Below, in pieces: positions 38,007 to 41,257 of a stretch of 41,257 nt of DNA (the stretch's first letter is position 1; every line of letters begins with the position of its first letter). The DNA comes from Candidatus Methylomirabilia bacterium (GTDB lineage: Bacteria > Methylomirabilota > Methylomirabilia > Rokubacteriales > CSP1-6), in the NCBI GenBank assembly GCA_041492755.1, contig JBGPXN010000021.1, positions 1 to 41,257 on the forward strand, written 5' to 3'. Under the pieces are notes generated by a model. That model saw nothing but the letters and a program-made list of their open reading frames with translations. It had not been told where the DNA came from and made no database searches. Made by a program: the position numbers and the translations under genes.

Positions 38007-38906
38007 TCAGCTCTTGTCCAGCGCGAGCAGCGCGAGCAGCGCGGGGAGATAGAGCAGCGATGCGTAGAGCATCCGTCGTGCCCGCAGCGCCGACGGCGCC
38101 ATCGCCTGGTGGACGCCCACGATGGCGAGCCCGGCCCCCAGCACCAGCGCGCCGACGAAGTACACCGCGCCCGCGAGACCGATGAGCGTCGGGAGCAGGC
38201 TCACCACCAGCAGGGCCGCGCACGCGGTCAGCATCTGGCGCTCGGTACTGGCGCCGTCGGCATCCACGACCGGCAGCACCCGCACGCCCGCCCGCGCGTA
38301 GTCGTCCTGATACAGGCGGGCGATGGCCAGCGTGTGCGGAAGCTGCCAGAGGAAGAGGATGCCGAACAGCACGCCCGCTCCCACACCGAGATCTTCCCGC
38401 GCGGCCACCCACCCGGTGACCGGCGGCAACGCGCCCGGCACCGCGCCGACCAGCGTACACAACGCGCTGCGGACCTTGAGCGGCGTGTAGGCGAAGAGAT
38501 AGAGGACCGCCGTCGCGGCCGTCACCAGGGCGGCGCGCGGGCTGACCGCCGCCGCCAGGTAGAACACGCCGACGATCGTGATGGCCACCCCGAAGATCAG
38601 CGCCTCCAGCGGCTGCAACCGACCGTCGGGCAGCGGACGCATGCGGGTACGGTCCATCCGCGCGTCGACGTCGCGCTCCCAGTACTGGTTGAGCGCCATC
38701 GTGCCCCCGGCCGCGAGCAGCGTGCCGAGGATCAGGTGAACCAGACGGGCGTAATCGGCGGGACCCGACAGGCCCGCGTAGTAGCCGACCATCGTCGTCA
38801 CGATCACCATGACGACCACGCGCGGCTTGGTCAACGCGACGAGATCGACGAGGACCTGCCGCCGCTCCCGCGCGATGCTGGCGAGGATCACTTCGGTCGG
38901 GGGCAC
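38007..38906 (-). CDS. ctaB: Protoheme IX farnesyltransferase (heme o synthase)
   Basis: LTKPRV, NQYWERDVDARMDRTRMRPLP, YTPLK, GALPP, WQLPH. Confidence 0.95.
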   Translation of the reverse strand: MPPTEVILASIARERRQVLVDLVALTKPRVVVMVIVTTMVGYYAGLSGPADYARLVHLILGTLLAAGGTMALNQYWERDVDARMDRTRMRPLPDGRLQPLEALIFGVAITIVGVFYLAAAVSPRAALVTAATAVLYLFAYTPLKVRSALCTLVGAVPGALPPVTGWVAAREDLGVGAGVLFGILFLWQLPHTLAIARLYQDDYARAGVRVLPVVDADGASTERQMLTACAALLVVSLLPTLIGLAGAVYFVGALVLGAGLAIVGVHQAMAPSALRARRMLYASLLYLPALLALLALDKS

Positions 38907-38910
38907 AAAT

Positions 38911-39861
38911 TCACACTCGGAGGGGGGCTTCGCCCCCCTTCCGACGCTCCGGGCGGCTCACGCCGCCCTCCGCTGCCTCCCCCCTTCGGATTGCGCCGGC
39001 GACGCCGGCGCTCGAACCCGCCGCGACTCCGCGCGCGGCGGTAATCCGCAGGGCGAGGACAATGGTGGTGGCGAAGATCAGGCTCGCGGTGAGGCGGTGG
39101 GCGGCGAAGACGGTCAGCGAACCGGCGGCGGTGGCGAGCGTGTTGGGGGCGAAGCGGGCGACGAGGCTGCTCACGCCGAGGAGGAGCTGGATGGCGAGGA
39201 GCACGGAGAGCGCGATGGCGGCGGGCGCGGCGACCGGATCACCGCTGCGCCGAACACGGGCGGCGACGATCGGCACCAGGGCGAAGACGGCGAGCGCGCC
39301 GGCGAGGTGGAGTTCGACCCAGCCCGCGTGCGTGAGGAGCGCTCCGAAGACGATTTGCAAATAGACCAGTCCCACGGTGGCCAGCGCGAGCCGACGATCC
39401 GTGGTCTCCGTCGGGACGGCCGGTCGCGTCGCTGCGGACGACGTCAGGAACGCGATGGCGACGAGCAGACCGAAGAACGCCTGGGCCACGCAGCCGTGAA
39501 CGACGGCCAGCGTGTCCTGCAGCAGCACGACCCTCAGCCCGCCCAGAATGCCTTGCCCGACGACAGCGCCCGCGGCGATCAGGCCGAGCCGACGCAACCC
39601 CGGCCCCCCGGCCCAGAGAACGACGGCGAGGGCGACGGTGAGCAGGCCGACCAGCGCGCCCAGCAGACGGTGACTGTGCTCGTAGAGGATGCCGCCGACC
39701 ATCTGGGACCACGGATAGACGAACATGTTGTAGCCGAACGTGGTCGGCCAGTCGGGCACGGCGAGCGCCGAGCCGGTATTGGTCACCAACCCTCCGAAGA
39801 GGATCAGGACGAAGGTGGCCGCCGCCGTAACCACGGCGAGGCGGTGCCCGAGCCGCGTCAC
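38911..39861 (-). CDS. ctaA: COX15/CtaA heme a synthase family
   Basis: LAVPDWPTTFG, YEHSHR, QGILGG..V, further conserved His residues; GTG 39861; C-terminus runs through repeat B. Confidence 0.85.
   Translation of the reverse strand: MTRLGHRLAVVTAAATFVLILFGGLVTNTGSALAVPDWPTTFGYNMFVYPWSQMVGGILYEHSHRLLGALVGLLTVALAVVLWAGGPGLRRLGLIAAGAVVGQGILGGLRVVLLQDTLAVVHGCVAQAFFGLLVAIAFLTSSAATRPAVPTETTDRRLALATVGLVYLQIVFGALLTHAGWVELHLAGALAVFALVPIVAARVRRSGDPVAAPAAIALSVLLAIQLLLGVSSLVARFAPNTLATAAGSLTVFAAHRLTASLIFATTIVLALRITAARGVAAGSSAGVAGAIRRGEAAEGGVSRPERRKGGEAPLRV
38916..39017 (+). repeat. Three-hairpin element family B, copy 2 (inside the ctaA 3' end)
   Basis: CTCGGAGGGGGGCTTCGCCCCCCTTCCGACGCTCC..TCCGCTGCCTCCCCCC..TTGCGCCGGCnnnGCCGGCGCTCGAAC. 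Confidence 0.85.
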
Positions 39862-39877
39862 GCTGCCCGCGTCTCCG

Positions 39878-41257
39878 TCAGTGCCGGCCGGCCCGCGCGC
39901 CCGTCGCCGGGGTCTGCGTCTGCGGCGTGAAGTCGGCCGGGTCGCCGGGCACGCTGTACTCGTAGGGGCCGCGGTACACGGTCGGCAGCTTCGCACCCCA
40001 GTTCAGGTGCGGGGGCGGCGACGGCGCCGTCCACTCGAGCGTCGTCGAGTTCCACGGGTTCATGGGCGCCTTCGACCCCAGTTCGTCCATCCGCCATAAG
40101 GCCGAGCTGACCACCGCCAGAACCGCCAGGAACGCAACCCATTCGAGAACCGTCATGAGGCTCACGCCCTTGGTCCAGAGCCAACTGCCCGTCGTGAGGA
40201 AGTCCAACAGCAACAGGCCATAGCCGTACGCCGCAAACACCACCGCCCGCACGGCCGAACGGACCCACTTCGCATTCCATCCGAACAGGCTCGTGAAGAA
40301 GTTCAGAACAAACGGAATCTGGCTCAGCCCCAGGGTGAGCGCCCCCATCGTGATGATGACGTTCCAGTGCTGCTGGTGCTGGAGGAACTCGTACTGCATC
40401 GGGTTGTAGATCCGGCGCATCTGGCCGCCGACCCCGAGGATGTGCATGGGGAAGAACGTCACGTTGAAGGCGATGAACGTCGGCCAGAAGTGCAGCTGGC
40501 CCAGGATCGGGTTCATCATCCGGCCGAACATCTTGGGGAACCAGAAGTAGATGGCGGCGAACGCCCCGAAGATGGAGCCGCCGAACACCACGTAGTGGAT
40601 GTGGGCGACGATGAAGTACGTGTCCTGGATGAAGATATCGACCGGCGTCGAGGCCATGAAGATGCCGGAGAGCCCGCCGATGACGAACATCGACACGAAG
40701 GCGAGCGCGTTCAGCATCGGTACCGTGAACTGCAGCCGCCCGCCCCACAGCGTCCCCAGCCAGTTGAAGGTCTTGATGGCCGAGGGGACGGCGATGATCA
40801 TCGTCGTGATCATGAACGACAGGCCGAGGGCCGGGTTCATGCCGCTCACGAACATGTGGTGACCGTAGACGATCCACGACAGGAACGCGATGGCGATCAT
40901 GGAAAACGCCATCGCGTGGTAGCCGAAGACCGGCTTGCGCGCGAACACGGGCAGGATCTCGGAGGCGATCCCCATCGCGGGCAGGATCAGGATGTAGACC
41001 TCGGGGTGCCCGAAGTACCAGAACAGGTGCTGCCAGAGCAGCGGGTCCCCGCCGCCCGACGGCCGGAACCAGCTCGTCCCCAGCAGGCGATCGAACAGCA
41101 GCATGGCCACGCCCGAGGTGAGCACGGGCAGGGCGAGCAGGAGCAGGATCGCGGTGATGAACAGCGACCACACCACCAGCGGCATCCGGAACATCTTCAT
41201 GCCGGGCGCCCGCATGTTGATGACGGTGGTGATGTAGTTGATCGAGCCCATCATCGA
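39878..41257 (-). CDS. ctaD: Cytochrome c oxidase subunit I, A1-type (5' end outside the window)
   Basis: WYFGHPEVY, HHMF, IAVPSAIK, DTYFIVAHIHYV, RRIY. Confidence 0.97.
   Translation of the reverse strand, partial: SMMGSINYITTVINMRAPGMKMFRMPLVVWSLFITAILLLLALPVLTSGVAMLLFDRLLGTSWFRPSGGGDPLLWQHLFWYFGHPEVYILILPAMGIASEILPVFARKPVFGYHAMAFSMIAIAFLSWIVYGHHMFVSGMNPALGLSFMITTMIIAVPSAIKTFNWLGTLWGGRLQFTVPMLNALAFVSMFVIGGLSGIFMASTPVDIFIQDTYFIVAHIHYVVFGGSIFGAFAAIYFWFPKMFGRMMNPILGQLHFWPTFIAFNVTFFPMHILGVGGQMRRIYNPMQYEFLQHQQHWNVIITMGALTLGLSQIPFVLNFFTSLFGWNAKWVRSAVRAVVFAAYGYGLLLLDFLTTGSWLWTKGVSLMTVLEWVAFLAVLAVVSSALWRMDELGSKAPMNPWNSTTLEWTAPSPPPHLNWGAKLPTVYRGPYEYSVPGDPADFTPQTQTPATGARAGRH

Overview
High-GC bacterial window. 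Gene content (PF04392-type binding-protein paralogs, Cache/GAF kinases, class III cyclases) and GC-rich palindromic repeats resemble Ca. Rokubacteria/Methylomirabilota; this is an inference and was not searched. Left to right: an AT-richer island with an AAA/ABC ATPase and a frameshifted Toprim (DUF4276-like) partner; a Liv-type ABC transporter operon containing two gene remnants; an SDR; an ECF sigma/anti-sigma/DUF3106 locus; a minus-strand signalling operon (two binding proteins, Nudix, LMW phosphatase, Cache-HAMP-GAF-GAF kinase, receiver, REC-adenylate cyclase, SDR); a 2-hydroxyacid dehydrogenase; a stand-alone PD-(D/E)XK nuclease; a FadL-like barrel paired with a 6TM-HAMP-GAF-PAS adenylate cyclase; a squalene synthase flanked by hairpin repeats; M23 peptidase and PAC2; and a long cytochrome c oxidase (A1-type) operon with heme o and heme a synthases. 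The best candidate for an undescribed system is the tail of that operon. It encodes a USP-USP-(PCP_red)-rubredoxin-(PCP_red)x2 protein, an AhbD-like radical SAM enzyme with its own PCP_red domain, and a cysteine-free Mrp/ApbC ATPase. Three palindromic element types are also present, some inside coding sequence: a 35-bp-arm palindrome in frame in the radical SAM gene, and a covarying three-hairpin element that supplies one gene's start and another gene's C-terminus. No rRNA, tRNA, CRISPR array or transposase was recognised. Domain calls come from motif recognition by eye, not from database searches.
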